Source of the DNA: a virus
Direction: 5' to 3' (one strand)
Length of the DNA: 64,000 nt
IMG/VR virus record: IMGVR_UViG_3300020187_003193
Part shown: piece after piece, positions 17,668-26,692 of the stretch
Numbering within the stretch: position 1 is the stretch's first letter
How the letters are laid out: the number at the start of each line of letters is the position of its first letter
The notes under the pieces: generated by a model
Seen by the model: the letters and a program-made list of their open reading frames with translations, nothing else
Databases searched by the model: none
Told to the model about the DNA's origin: nothing
Position numbers and translations under genes: made by a program

Positions 17668-18856
17668 CTTAGATTATACCCAACGTACTAAATGTGCCTC
17701 ATGCGAATCTACGGAACTTCATACCATTCATGATTTCGGTATAGTTCCATTAGCAGGATACTTTCCAACAGAAGAAGAAAAAACCATTAGATCCGACTAT
17801 CCCTTAAAATGGCAAATTTGTAAAAAATGTAGTTTAGTACAAACCGATCATTTAATAGATCCACAAACATTATTCAAAGATTATAGATATATCTCCTCAG
17901 TAGGAATGCAACGTCATTTTAACCAATATTCTGAGTGGTTAGTTAATAATGGAGTAAATAAAGATATTGAAATTTTAGAATTTGGGTGTAATGATGGTCC
18001 ATTACTATTAGCCTTAAAAGAAAAAGGTATAAATGCTACAGGTATAGACCCTGCAACTAATATTACAAAATTAGGTAGGGATAAAGGATTAAACATTATA
18101 GACGATTTTTTTAATACTGAAAATGTAGAAAAATATAGTTTAACCAATAAATTCGATTATATTTTATCAAGCAATTCATTTGCCCACATAAGCGACATAC
18201 AATCAGTAGTTAAAGGCGTTACACATGCTTTAAAACCAAATGGTAAATTCATTGTTGAAGTACAATACTTAATTGATTTAGTAGACAAATTCCAATTTGA
18301 TTTTATATATCATGAACATTTATATTACTACACTTTAACAAGTCTACAAAATTTGTTAAGCCCTTATGGTCTAAGTATTATTGATTTCGAACGTATCCCA
18401 ATTCATTCTGGATCAATTAGAGTTATAATAGGTAGAAGTGAAGAACATGAAATTAGTAATAGCGTTTATCTACAAATAGAAAACGAAAAGGAATATTTAA
18501 ATTTAGATACCTTTAGTACTAAAGTAGAAGAAGCATTAAATAATTTATCTAATTTCTTTAAAGAAAACAAAAACAAAACAATTATAGGGTATGGAGCCTC
18601 AGGTAGGGCTAATATGATAGTTAATCAATTAAAATTAACTACAGACGATCTAAAGTATATAGTAGACGAATCACCTGAACGTTATAATAGGTATATGGCT
18701 AACCAAGAAATACCTATAATTTCTTTAGAGGATTTAAACGAAAAAGGAGATTACATTCTACTATTGGCATGGAATTTTTCGGATATGATCATTGAAAAAA
18801 CTAAACATTTAGGTATCCCATATGTTATACCTTTCCCAAATCTTAAAATAGTATGA
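17660..18856 (+). CDS. NDP-sugar C-methyltransferase-like SAM methyltransferase
   Basis: N-terminal CASC...CKKC, LEFGCNDG, YHEHLYYY, C-terminal GYGASGRAN. Confidence 0.8.
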   Translation: MTNLDYTQRTKCASCESTELHTIHDFGIVPLAGYFPTEEEKTIRSDYPLKWQICKKCSLVQTDHLIDPQTLFKDYRYISSVGMQRHFNQYSEWLVNNGVNKDIEILEFGCNDGPLLLALKEKGINATGIDPATNITKLGRDKGLNIIDDFFNTENVEKYSLTNKFDYILSSNSFAHISDIQSVVKGVTHALKPNGKFIVEVQYLIDLVDKFQFDFIYHEHLYYYTLTSLQNLLSPYGLSIIDFERIPIHSGSIRVIIGRSEEHEISNSVYLQIENEKEYLNLDTFSTKVEEALNNLSNFFKENKNKTIIGYGASGRANMIVNQLKLTTDDLKYIVDESPERYNRYMANQEIPIISLEDLNEKGDYILLLAWNFSDMIIEKTKHLGIPYVIPFPNLKIV

Positions 18857-19776
18857 AAGGAGAAAAAATTTTTATAACAGGAGGAGCCGGGTATTTAGGA
18901 TCCCATTTAGTAGAACGTTATTATAGTGATAATGAAATAACTGTTTATTCAAGAGATGAAGCAAAGCATTATTATCTTAAAAAACGTTTTCCTAAAATTA
19001 ATTGTATTATAGGAGATGTACGTAATGCGGATTTACTAATAAGATCTGCTAAAAACCATACAATTGGTATATTTGCCGCCTCATTAAAGCAAATAGAATC
19101 TGTAGATCAAAATGTAGAAGAAGCAGTTAGGGTATTAATTGATGGTTCTATTAATTCTCGAAGAGCAGCTGAAGAAAATAATTTTAAAGCTGCATGTTTT
19201 ATATCATCTGATAAATCTCGCGCTGCTACTACCCTATATGGTTCTATGAAGTTCATTGCAGGAGAATCCTTTATAGTAAACTCAGAAAAATCACAAGTAA
19301 ATTTATCATCAGCCATATATGGTAATGTTTTAAACTCTACAGGTAGTATTATACCCTTAATATGGGATTCTATTAATAAAAACTATCCACTTACCCTATA
19401 CTCAGAAGAAATGACTAGGTTCATGATTGAGATACAGGAAGCAATTGATTTAATTGAAATCGGTTTAGAATTAGATGGTGTAAATATTATACCTAATTTA
19501 AAATCATTTTTAGTTAAAGATTTATTTGAAATATATTCTGAGAAGTTTGGGTTACAATATAAAAACGGTCAACCCCGTATTTCTGAAAAAATACATGAAG
19601 TAATGATAGCCCAAGAAGAAGTTCCTAGAACTACTTTAAAAGATAAAGTTTACGTAATGCATTATAACAACATATCAGAATCTCCAATTCCACATGAATT
19701 TACAAGTGCGTATTCTTTAGTGTCTAAGCAAGATCTAGATCGTATATTACAGACATATAATTATTTTAAACCATGA
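18853..19776 (+). CDS. UDP-HexNAc 4,6-dehydratase-like SDR (PseB/CapD family)
   Basis: ITGGAGYLG, YSRDEAKH, ISSDK, LYGSMK, YGNVLNSTGSIIP. Confidence 0.8.
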   Translation: MKGEKIFITGGAGYLGSHLVERYYSDNEITVYSRDEAKHYYLKKRFPKINCIIGDVRNADLLIRSAKNHTIGIFAASLKQIESVDQNVEEAVRVLIDGSINSRRAAEENNFKAACFISSDKSRAATTLYGSMKFIAGESFIVNSEKSQVNLSSAIYGNVLNSTGSIIPLIWDSINKNYPLTLYSEEMTRFMIEIQEAIDLIEIGLELDGVNIIPNLKSFLVKDLFEIYSEKFGLQYKNGQPRISEKIHEVMIAQEEVPRTTLKDKVYVMHYNNISESPIPHEFTSAYSLVSKQDLDRILQTYNYFKP

Positions 19777-20156
19777 AAGTAGAAATATCAAACGGGGAGC
19801 TATTAGATAAAATTTCAATTTTAGAGTTAAAAATGCTTAGAATTGAAGATGAAGAAAAATTAGTTAACATCAAAAACGAATTTAATACACTAAACCCATT
19901 AGTAGTAGAATTGTTTGAGCAATATGGTAGTGAATTACAAACCCATTATCTGGAATTAGCTAAAATAAACGGCAAATTATGGGATATAGAGGATTGGATT
20001 CGAGATTGTGAACGTGAAAATAGATTTGATAAAGAATTTGTAGAATTAGCCCGTTCTGTGTATATTACCAATGACCAAAGATCAGAGGTTAAAAAATTAA
20101 TCAACTTGCTAACAAATTCAGGACTAGTTGAAGAAAAGTCATATAAAAAGTATTAA
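19773..20156 (+). CDS. DUF6165-like protein
   Basis: ISNGELLDKISILELK...LWDIEDWIR...SVYITNDQR. Confidence 0.7.
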   Translation: MKVEISNGELLDKISILELKMLRIEDEEKLVNIKNEFNTLNPLVVELFEQYGSELQTHYLELAKINGKLWDIEDWIRDCERENRFDKEFVELARSVYITNDQRSEVKKLINLLTNSGLVEEKSYKKY

Positions 20157-21082
20157 TGAAACACATAGAAGATACACCTTGGTTTATTTGCGATGAAGAA
20201 GACGTAAACTACTGTGCTTACGTTGACACGGATTCAAACTACTTTAATGCGGAACCTCTTCTAAAACACTTATATCCTAACTTTGAAGAATTCCCGGAAG
20301 AAGAAAAGGATGATATACTAGAAAAGGTTGCGTTAAAATATCAAGATGTTATAAACGAAGAATACGACAATTTAGCTCGCAACTGCTTCAATATACAAGG
20401 TACACATCGTCTCGAAATGAAAACTGAATGTGTTATTCGTTCAGCATACTTTAGAGCAACACGTAGATATGCTCAGTGGATTACAAAACAAGAAGGTATT
20501 GTAAAAGAATCACTTGATGTAAAAGGATTAGAATATAAAAAATCTAACTTTCCTAAAGTGTTTGGTAATTTCTTTAAAAATGTACTTGAAGATGTTTTAA
20601 AAGGAACACCTCAAGGAGAAATCGATACAAGAATTTTGGATTTCAAACAAAAGATATTACATTCAATGCCAATTAATGAGTTAGGAAACCCACAAGGTGT
20701 AAAAACTCTAAACAAATATATTGAACGTAAACCAGTAGGCACAGAAATATTTACAGTAATCCGTAAAGGAGCACCTGCTGCAGTACGTGCTACAATTAAA
20801 TATAATGATTTATTAAAATATTGGAAATTAGATAAGACATATAGTCAAATTGTTCAAGGTGATAAAGTAAAATGGATTTACTTAAAAAAGAACCCATTTC
20901 AAATTGAAGCGTTAGCTTATCTTGATTTTGATATGCCTGATAAAATTAAAGATTTCTTAGATAAATTTGCTGATAAAGAAAAAGTATTTGACACAATATT
21001 ATTAAATAAATTAGAAGGTTTTTACGAAGATTTAGAATGGAGGTTAAATACAAACCCTTACGTTAACCAGTTTTTTACATGA
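20156..21082 (+). CDS. polB: family B DNA polymerase, C-terminal part (motif C, thumb)
   Basis: YVDTDS near the N-terminus, RRYA, VKGLEYKKS. Confidence 0.9.
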   Translation: MKHIEDTPWFICDEEDVNYCAYVDTDSNYFNAEPLLKHLYPNFEEFPEEEKDDILEKVALKYQDVINEEYDNLARNCFNIQGTHRLEMKTECVIRSAYFRATRRYAQWITKQEGIVKESLDVKGLEYKKSNFPKVFGNFFKNVLEDVLKGTPQGEIDTRILDFKQKILHSMPINELGNPQGVKTLNKYIERKPVGTEIFTVIRKGAPAAVRATIKYNDLLKYWKLDKTYSQIVQGDKVKWIYLKKNPFQIEALAYLDFDMPDKIKDFLDKFADKEKVFDTILLNKLEGFYEDLEWRLNTNPYVNQFFT

Positions 21083-21780
21083 TTTATATTTTTGATGTCG
21101 ATGGAACATTAACTCCCTTCCGAGGGTTAATTGACCCCAGTTTTAAAACATTTTTTCAATCATTTATTAAGAAAAATAGTGTATGGTTAATTTCAGGCAG
21201 TGATAAAGATAAAACAATTGAACAATTGGGTTTTGATATATGGGGTTCAGTAGAACGTTGCTACCAAAATTCAGGCAATCAACTTTTTATTAATAATAAG
21301 TTAGAATACCAACATGAGTTTAATCTTCCAACCCAATGTGAAGATTTATTAAAAAGGTTTTTAGAAAAATCTAAATATCCCTACCGATATGGAAATCATA
21401 TTGAACAACGAGAGGGTGCTGTTAATTTTTCTGTTATAGGTAGAAGTTGTAACCAAGAGCAAAGAGAACATTATGGAGCATGGGATAAAAAACATCAAGA
21501 ACGTAAGAAATTTGCTTGTAAAATTAGAGAAAAACACCCAGGGTTAGATGCTGTAGTAGGTGGAGAAATTAGTATTGATATATATGAAAAAGGTAAAGAC
21601 AAAGGACAAATTGTAAAAGATATAAAAGACAAATTTATATTCTTTGGAGATAGACTACAACCAGGGGGGAATGATTTTCCTATACAACAACAAATTATTT
21701 CTCAAAAACGGAAGGATTGTAAAATTCATCACGTAAAGAGTTGGAAAGACACTGAAAAATTATTACATTTATTAACATGA
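21079..21780 (+). CDS. HAD-IIB phosphomannomutase (eukaryote-type PMM-like)
   Basis: FDVDGTLT, IEQREGAVNFS, GGEISIDI, FFGDRLQPGGND. Confidence 0.82.
   Translation: MIYIFDVDGTLTPFRGLIDPSFKTFFQSFIKKNSVWLISGSDKDKTIEQLGFDIWGSVERCYQNSGNQLFINNKLEYQHEFNLPTQCEDLLKRFLEKSKYPYRYGNHIEQREGAVNFSVIGRSCNQEQREHYGAWDKKHQERKKFACKIREKHPGLDAVVGGEISIDIYEKGKDKGQIVKDIKDKFIFFGDRLQPGGNDFPIQQQIISQKRKDCKIHHVKSWKDTEKLLHLLT
21741..21771 (+). promoter_or_regulatory. class I promoter upstream of putative clamp gene
   Basis: TTGG-N19-TACATTTA. Confidence 0.45.
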
Positions 21781-22496
21781 AAAAAAGTTATATTATAGAC
21801 AATATCCAAAAATATTTTTTGGGTGGATTAGTAGGTGAAGTTATATGGACTATATCGAATGGTAAAGTAGAAATTAACTTTGAAACCTCAACAAAAGATG
21901 CAATTGGTAATTTAGTATTTGATTTAGCATTAGAGGATAATGAAATAGGTATTTACAATACAGATTCATTATTAAGACTATTAAGTATTACAAATGAAGA
22001 TGTTCAACTCGAACTGTCTAAATCAAACACCGGTTTAGTAAATAAACTTAAAATTAAGGATAATAAATTTGATTTAGATTATAATTTAAGTGATATAAGT
22101 ATTATTCAAGCTGTAAGGAAAGTAGGTGAAGCAGATTACGATTTTACATTTCAAATTAATGACGAATTTATATCCAATTTTACTAAAGCACATAACGCTT
22201 TAGAAAAAACACCTCAATTCACTATCAATACAACTACCACAGCACAAAACGAAAATGTTGTTGAAATGTTGTTAGGTGAACGTTCAACACATGCTAATAA
22301 AGTTAAATTCACTGAACCCGCTACATTCACAAAACAAAGCGATATACTACCATTTTCAGCATTAGTATTTAGAGAAATATTATCATCAAATAAAGGTGCG
22401 GAAGGTACAATGAGTGTAAGTAATAAAGGATTAGCAAAACTAGAATTTAAGACAGATACAACTTTATCAAAATATTTTATGGTAAGGTTACAATAG
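21777..22496 (+). CDS. putative DNA sliding clamp (gp45/PCNA-like)
   Basis: 239 aa, two-domain alpha/beta pattern, C-terminal GLAKLEF...KYFMV; follows polB-C and lies upstream of the clamp-loader genes. Confidence 0.55.
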   Translation: MKKSYIIDNIQKYFLGGLVGEVIWTISNGKVEINFETSTKDAIGNLVFDLALEDNEIGIYNTDSLLRLLSITNEDVQLELSKSNTGLVNKLKIKDNKFDLDYNLSDISIIQAVRKVGEADYDFTFQINDEFISNFTKAHNALEKTPQFTINTTTTAQNENVVEMLLGERSTHANKVKFTEPATFTKQSDILPFSALVFREILSSNKGAEGTMSVSNKGLAKLEFKTDTTLSKYFMVRLQ

Positions 22497-22520
22497 CATA
22501 TATTTATAGCAAACCTTGAC

Positions 22521-23031
22521 TCTAGAGCGAGTTAGTTATGTAAATGTTATATTAAATCAATTTTTAAACCGACGATCTTAGGACGTCACAAACGTAAATC
22601 ATTATGAGTACATTATTTTATGAACGTAATCCGTTCGACATTTTAGTTAGAAATTTCTTTCAAGACGCTAGCCAATATTCACCGCTAGACCAAACCAAAT
22701 TATCCCACCCAGTAGACATCTATACAAACGACAAAGGACTTATCTTTGATGTTGCCTGTACTGGTATCGCTAAAGAAGACATTGAAATTTTACTTCAAGA
22801 CAATGTTCTTCGCATTAATTACACAAAAGCTAAAGAAGAAGAAGATGTAGACTATATCCACAAGGGTATTGCTAAACGTTCTTTTAACTTTGGTTGGAAA
22901 ATCGATTCTAAATTCGATTTATCAAAAGCCATAGCAAAATTCGAAAACGGATTATTGACTATTAGTGTACCTTTCGCTAAAGGTTCAGAGTTAAAAACTC
23001 TACAAATCAAGTAAATATTTCTCGCTCTAGA
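22521..23031. repeat. 11-bp inverted repeat bracketing the sHSP gene
   Basis: TCTAGAGCGAG (22521-31) and CTCGCTCTAGA (23021-31). Confidence 0.75.
22604..23014 (+). CDS. small heat-shock protein (Hsp20/alpha-crystallin)
   Basis: PVDIY...DVACTGIAKEDIEI...HKGIAKRSF...AKFENGLLTISVP. Confidence 0.92.
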   Translation: MSTLFYERNPFDILVRNFFQDASQYSPLDQTKLSHPVDIYTNDKGLIFDVACTGIAKEDIEILLQDNVLRINYTKAKEEEDVDYIHKGIAKRSFNFGWKIDSKFDLSKAIAKFENGLLTISVPFAKGSELKTLQIK

Positions 23032-23032
23032 C

Positions 23033-23063
23033 TTGGTTTATCGAACGAATGTTCGTATATTTA
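23033..23063 (+). promoter_or_regulatory. class I promoter
   Basis: TTGG-TTTATCGAACGAATGTTCG-TATATTTA; spacer contains the CGAAC-GAAT-GTTCG hairpin. Confidence 0.75.
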
Positions 23064-23097
23064 CATATAAGAAATAATAACAAACACACAATCAGTT

Positions 23098-23379
23098 ATG
23101 GCAAATCCAAATTTTAAAGGCAGACCAAAAGGGTCTGGAAAGAGTACATTCATCGAGGATGTATTATTAGGCGACTATAAAATCGTTGTAGACGAATATA
23201 GTTACAATGTAGTAGATACTACAAAAGAAAAAACTATTGGTTTCTATACTAATCTAGGAACAGCAGTTTTAGCAATAGCTAAACATCAAACAAATCAAGA
23301 TGGTGTATTTACCTTAAAGGAATATGCTAAAAACTTTGAAACAATTCATACTAATTTAAAAGAAGCAATTTTAAGATGA
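23098..23379 (+). CDS. hypothetical protein
   Basis: 93 aa, N-terminal KGRPKG (AT-hook-like). Confidence 0.6.
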   Translation: MANPNFKGRPKGSGKSTFIEDVLLGDYKIVVDEYSYNVVDTTKEKTIGFYTNLGTAVLAIAKHQTNQDGVFTLKEYAKNFETIHTNLKEAILR

Positions 23380-23666
23380 ACAAATTAAGACCAGTTAATG
23401 GGAACGTTATATTACGTCCTATCGAGGAAGAAGAATTAATGGCTGGAAACATCATTATCCCCGATATGGGTAAAGAAAAACCAGAAATGGCTGAAGTAAT
23501 AGCAATTTCTAATGTTTACAATTTTAATACTGATACAATAGTTCCTACAGATTTAGAAGTAGGTATGAAAGTATTATTACCAAAAATGGGTTCTCAAACT
23601 ATTACATTAGACGGAGAAGAATATTACATTACAGCACAAAATTCAATTTTATCAATAGTAGAATAA
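23376..23666 (+). CDS. groES: co-chaperonin GroES
   Basis: LRPVNGNV, mobile loop AGNIIIPD, KVLLPK, SILSIVE. Confidence 0.9.
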   Translation: MNKLRPVNGNVILRPIEEEELMAGNIIIPDMGKEKPEMAEVIAISNVYNFNTDTIVPTDLEVGMKVLLPKMGSQTITLDGEEYYITAQNSILSIVE

Positions 23667-23669
23667 GTT

Positions 23670-25304
23670 ATGACAGAAACAAGTTTCGGAAAAGAATCCA
23701 AGAATCAACTATTAGAAGGAGTTAAGAAACTCAATAATAGCGTAGCATCAACATTAGGGCCAGCTGGTAGAACAGTACTAATTAAAGAACCTAATGGTGA
23801 AATTAAAGTTACAAAAGATGGTGTTACTGTAGCAAAGGCATTTAAAGAACTTGAAAATCAAGTTGAATCTATTGGTGCAGAATTAGCTAAAAAAGTATCT
23901 GTAAAATCTGCTAACGAGGTAGGTGATGGTACAACAACTTCTACAGTATTAGCCACTGCTATTCTTGAAGAAGGAATCAAACAAATCAATGATGGTTCTA
24001 ATCCGGTTGATATCAAGAAAGGTATTGACGAGGCAGTAAACACTGTAAAAGAAGCATTAAAAGAACTATCTGTTGAAATTACAGAAGATTCACAAATTAA
24101 GGAAGTAGCTACTATTTCAGGTAACAACGATGAAGAGATTGGAACCTTAATTTCAACAGCTTTAGATAAAGTAGGTAGAGATGGAGTTGTAGCAATCGAA
24201 GAATCTAAAACTGGAGAAACTTCACTTGAAGTAGTAGAAGGTATGCAATTCGAACGTGGTTACAAATCACCATATTTTGTTACAGACAACGATTCAATGG
24301 CAGCGGTTTTAAACGACCCTTACATTTTAATCTATGATGGTAGAATTACACAAGCCAGTGAATTGCTTAATGTATTAAACAAAGCAAGTGGTGAAAGTAA
24401 ACCTTTACTTATTGTAGCTGAAGACATTGATGGAGAAGCATTAGCTACCCTCATTGTAAACAAAATGAGAGGAACTATTCAAGTTGTTGCTGTTAAAGCC
24501 CCTGATTTTGGTGATAGAAGAACTATGGCTTTAGAAGATTTAGCTACTGTAACAGGTGGTACTGTAATCTCTAAAAACAAAGGACATAAACTAGATAAAC
24601 TACAATCAATCCAATTCGGTGAATTATTAGGTAAAGCTAGAACAGTTAATGTTACTAAAGACAAAACTACTATCGTAGATGGTAAAGGCGGTGAAGAAGC
24701 TATTACAGCAAAAGCTAGTGAAATCAAATCCCAATTAGATAACGCAACATCAGCATTCGAAAAAGAAAAATTACAAGAAAGATTAGGTAAACTAATTGGA
24801 GGTGTAGCAATCATCAACGTTGGTGGAAATAGCGAAATCGAAATTAAAGAGAAAAAAGATAGAGTAGAAGATGCTTTATTTGCTACAAAAGCAGCATTAG
24901 AAGAAGGAATCCTAATCGGTGGTGGAACAGCATTATTTTACGCTGCACAGAAAATTAGCAGAGATGGAACAGACGATATTTCTGTAGGTAGAAGAATTGT
25001 ACGTAAAGCAATTCAAGAACCATTCTTCAAAATCTTAACAAATGCTGGACATGAAACAAATGATATTACATATGCTTCATTTAACTTGCTAGCAGATGAA
25101 AATACATGGAACGGATTAAATTATAAAGATTTAACTGTAATGGATTTCAAAGCAGCAGGTATTATTGACCCTAAAAAAGTTACAAGAATAGCAATAGAGA
25201 ATGCAGCATCAATCGCAGGAACTATTTTAACAACAGAATCAGTTATCTTTGAAAAGAAAGAAGATGATGACGAGACACCAAACCCAATGGCGGGAATGAT
25301 GTAA
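23670..25304 (+). CDS. groEL: chaperonin GroEL
   Basis: TLGPAG, TKDGVTVAK, GDGTTTSTV, EGMQFERGY, KAPDFGDRR, ERLGKL, GIIDPKKV. Confidence 0.97.
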   Translation: MTETSFGKESKNQLLEGVKKLNNSVASTLGPAGRTVLIKEPNGEIKVTKDGVTVAKAFKELENQVESIGAELAKKVSVKSANEVGDGTTTSTVLATAILEEGIKQINDGSNPVDIKKGIDEAVNTVKEALKELSVEITEDSQIKEVATISGNNDEEIGTLISTALDKVGRDGVVAIEESKTGETSLEVVEGMQFERGYKSPYFVTDNDSMAAVLNDPYILIYDGRITQASELLNVLNKASGESKPLLIVAEDIDGEALATLIVNKMRGTIQVVAVKAPDFGDRRTMALEDLATVTGGTVISKNKGHKLDKLQSIQFGELLGKARTVNVTKDKTTIVDGKGGEEAITAKASEIKSQLDNATSAFEKEKLQERLGKLIGGVAIINVGGNSEIEIKEKKDRVEDALFATKAALEEGILIGGGTALFYAAQKISRDGTDDISVGRRIVRKAIQEPFFKILTNAGHETNDITYASFNLLADENTWNGLNYKDLTVMDFKAAGIIDPKKVTRIAIENAASIAGTILTTESVIFEKKEDDDETPNPMAGMM

Positions 25305-25326
25305 TTTTAATTTAAATTAAATAAAA

Positions 25327-25494
25327 ATGAGTAAACAAGAAGTTTTTGAACAAATCGACGCTTTGTATGAGACATTCAAAGCAGAGAACGCTGGAACAAC
25401 AAAAGCATCTCAACAAAGAGCTAGAAAAGCAATTGGTGAGATTAAAAAGCTAGTTACGGAATACCGTAAAGCTTCAGTTGCAGAAAGCAAGTAA
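25327..25494 (+). CDS. histone H1-like Hc1-family small basic protein, 55 aa (not in ORF track)
   Basis: ...GTTKASQQRARKAIGEIKKLVTEYRKASVAESK* matches the RARK...RKAS pattern of the Hc1 family. Confidence 0.7.
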   Translation: MSKQEVFEQIDALYETFKAENAGTTKASQQRARKAIGEIKKLVTEYRKASVAESK

Positions 25495-25500
25495 TTTATG

Positions 25501-25530
25501 TGGGGAAGCTTGGCTTCCCCATTTATTTTT
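25501..25530 (+). terminator. intrinsic terminator overlapping the next promoter
   Basis: TGGGGAAGC-TTG-GCTTCCCCA followed by TTTATTTTT. Confidence 0.75.
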
Positions 25531-25540
25531 ATTATATTCA
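25510..25540 (+). promoter_or_regulatory. class I promoter
   Basis: TTGG-N19-TATATTCA upstream of the clamp loader. Confidence 0.65.
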
Positions 25541-25556
25541 CACAAATTAAGGTTAC

Positions 25557-26468
25557 ATGCTAGTTAGAGAACATACATTATTTACAGAAAAATTCCGCCC
25601 AACTGATCCCGCAGATTACATTGGAAATGATGGTTTTAAACAAGATCTAAACCAATGGATCGAAAAACAAGACTTACCACATCTATTATTATACGGTGCA
25701 GCAGGAACAGGTAAAACTACTGCTGCTAAACTAATTACAAGTAATATAGATTGCGATTTCTTATACGTCAACTGTTCAGATGAAAATGGTATAGAAACAA
25801 TTAGAGATAAGGTAAAATCATTCGCATCTGCTGCGACATTCCGCGCTTTAAAGGTGGTTATAATGGATGAAGCTGATTTTCTAACGATCAACGCACAAGC
25901 GGCATTACGTAACGTAATTGAAACATTTTCTATTACAACACGTTTTATCTTTACTTGTAACTATGTTGAACGTATAATCGATCCAATACAATCTAGAACA
26001 TCAGTATACGAAATAACACCTCCATCAAAAGGCGAGGTTGCCAAAAGATGTGTTAATATATTACAAGGAGAAAATGTTGAATTTAATAAAGAGGATTTAG
26101 TTGAAATTATCAACAAAACATACCCTGATATTAGAAAGACATTAAATTTATTACAATCATGTGTTAAAGACAATAAACTTGAACTCAATAAAAAGATTGT
26201 AAACCAAAAACAATACACAGATAAAATCATTGAATTGATTTCATCTAACGAACCTAGTGCTTTTAATCAAATACGTCAAATCGTAGCAGATTCAAACATT
26301 AGAGATTATAATGAATTATACAGAGCCTTATATAACAATTTAGATTCATTCCATAACCCAGTGTTAGGTACCATTATTATTGCCGAATCACAATATCAAT
26401 CCGTAATGGCTCCGGATAAAGAAATTACCTTTATGGGATGTATCGCTAACTTATTAAAACCATTCTAA
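25557..26468 (+). CDS. clamp loader AAA+ subunit (RFC small/gp44-like)
   Basis: FTEKFRP, GAAGTGKTT, IMDEADFL, QAALRN, PIQSR. Confidence 0.92.
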   Translation: MLVREHTLFTEKFRPTDPADYIGNDGFKQDLNQWIEKQDLPHLLLYGAAGTGKTTAAKLITSNIDCDFLYVNCSDENGIETIRDKVKSFASAATFRALKVVIMDEADFLTINAQAALRNVIETFSITTRFIFTCNYVERIIDPIQSRTSVYEITPPSKGEVAKRCVNILQGENVEFNKEDLVEIINKTYPDIRKTLNLLQSCVKDNKLELNKKIVNQKQYTDKIIELISSNEPSAFNQIRQIVADSNIRDYNELYRALYNNLDSFHNPVLGTIIIAESQYQSVMAPDKEITFMGCIANLLKPF

Positions 26469-26692
26469 TGGAACAACCACAAATGAATTTGGATTTATCC
26501 AAAACAACAGCAATTGACACACCTTCTGGAGGTAAAGTTTGGCAGCAAGGAATGATACTAAGAAAAGTATCTAAATTTATTACTGGAACTAGTGAAGACG
26601 CTATTGTCCCAATCCCAGTATTTTATGATCCAGAAAATGGTGCTATTTTAGAAGACACTTTACCAAAAGAACTAAGAGAAGAATACAAGTAG
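26468..26692 (+). CDS. hypothetical protein
   Basis: 74-aa coupled ORF. Confidence 0.6.
   Translation: MEQPQMNLDLSKTTAIDTPSGGKVWQQGMILRKVSKFITGTSEDAIVPIPVFYDPENGAILEDTLPKELREEYK

Noticed and set aside
14900-20240. Split intein or self-splicing intron joining the polB halves
   Set aside because: No intein N-terminal Cys/Ser block or His-Asn C-terminal block. The gap is filled by coupled ORFs with no room for group I/II intron structure at the borders.
22497-23400. CIRCE (HrcA) operator upstream of the chaperone genes
   Set aside because: No TTAGCACTC-N9-GAGTGCTAA match found.
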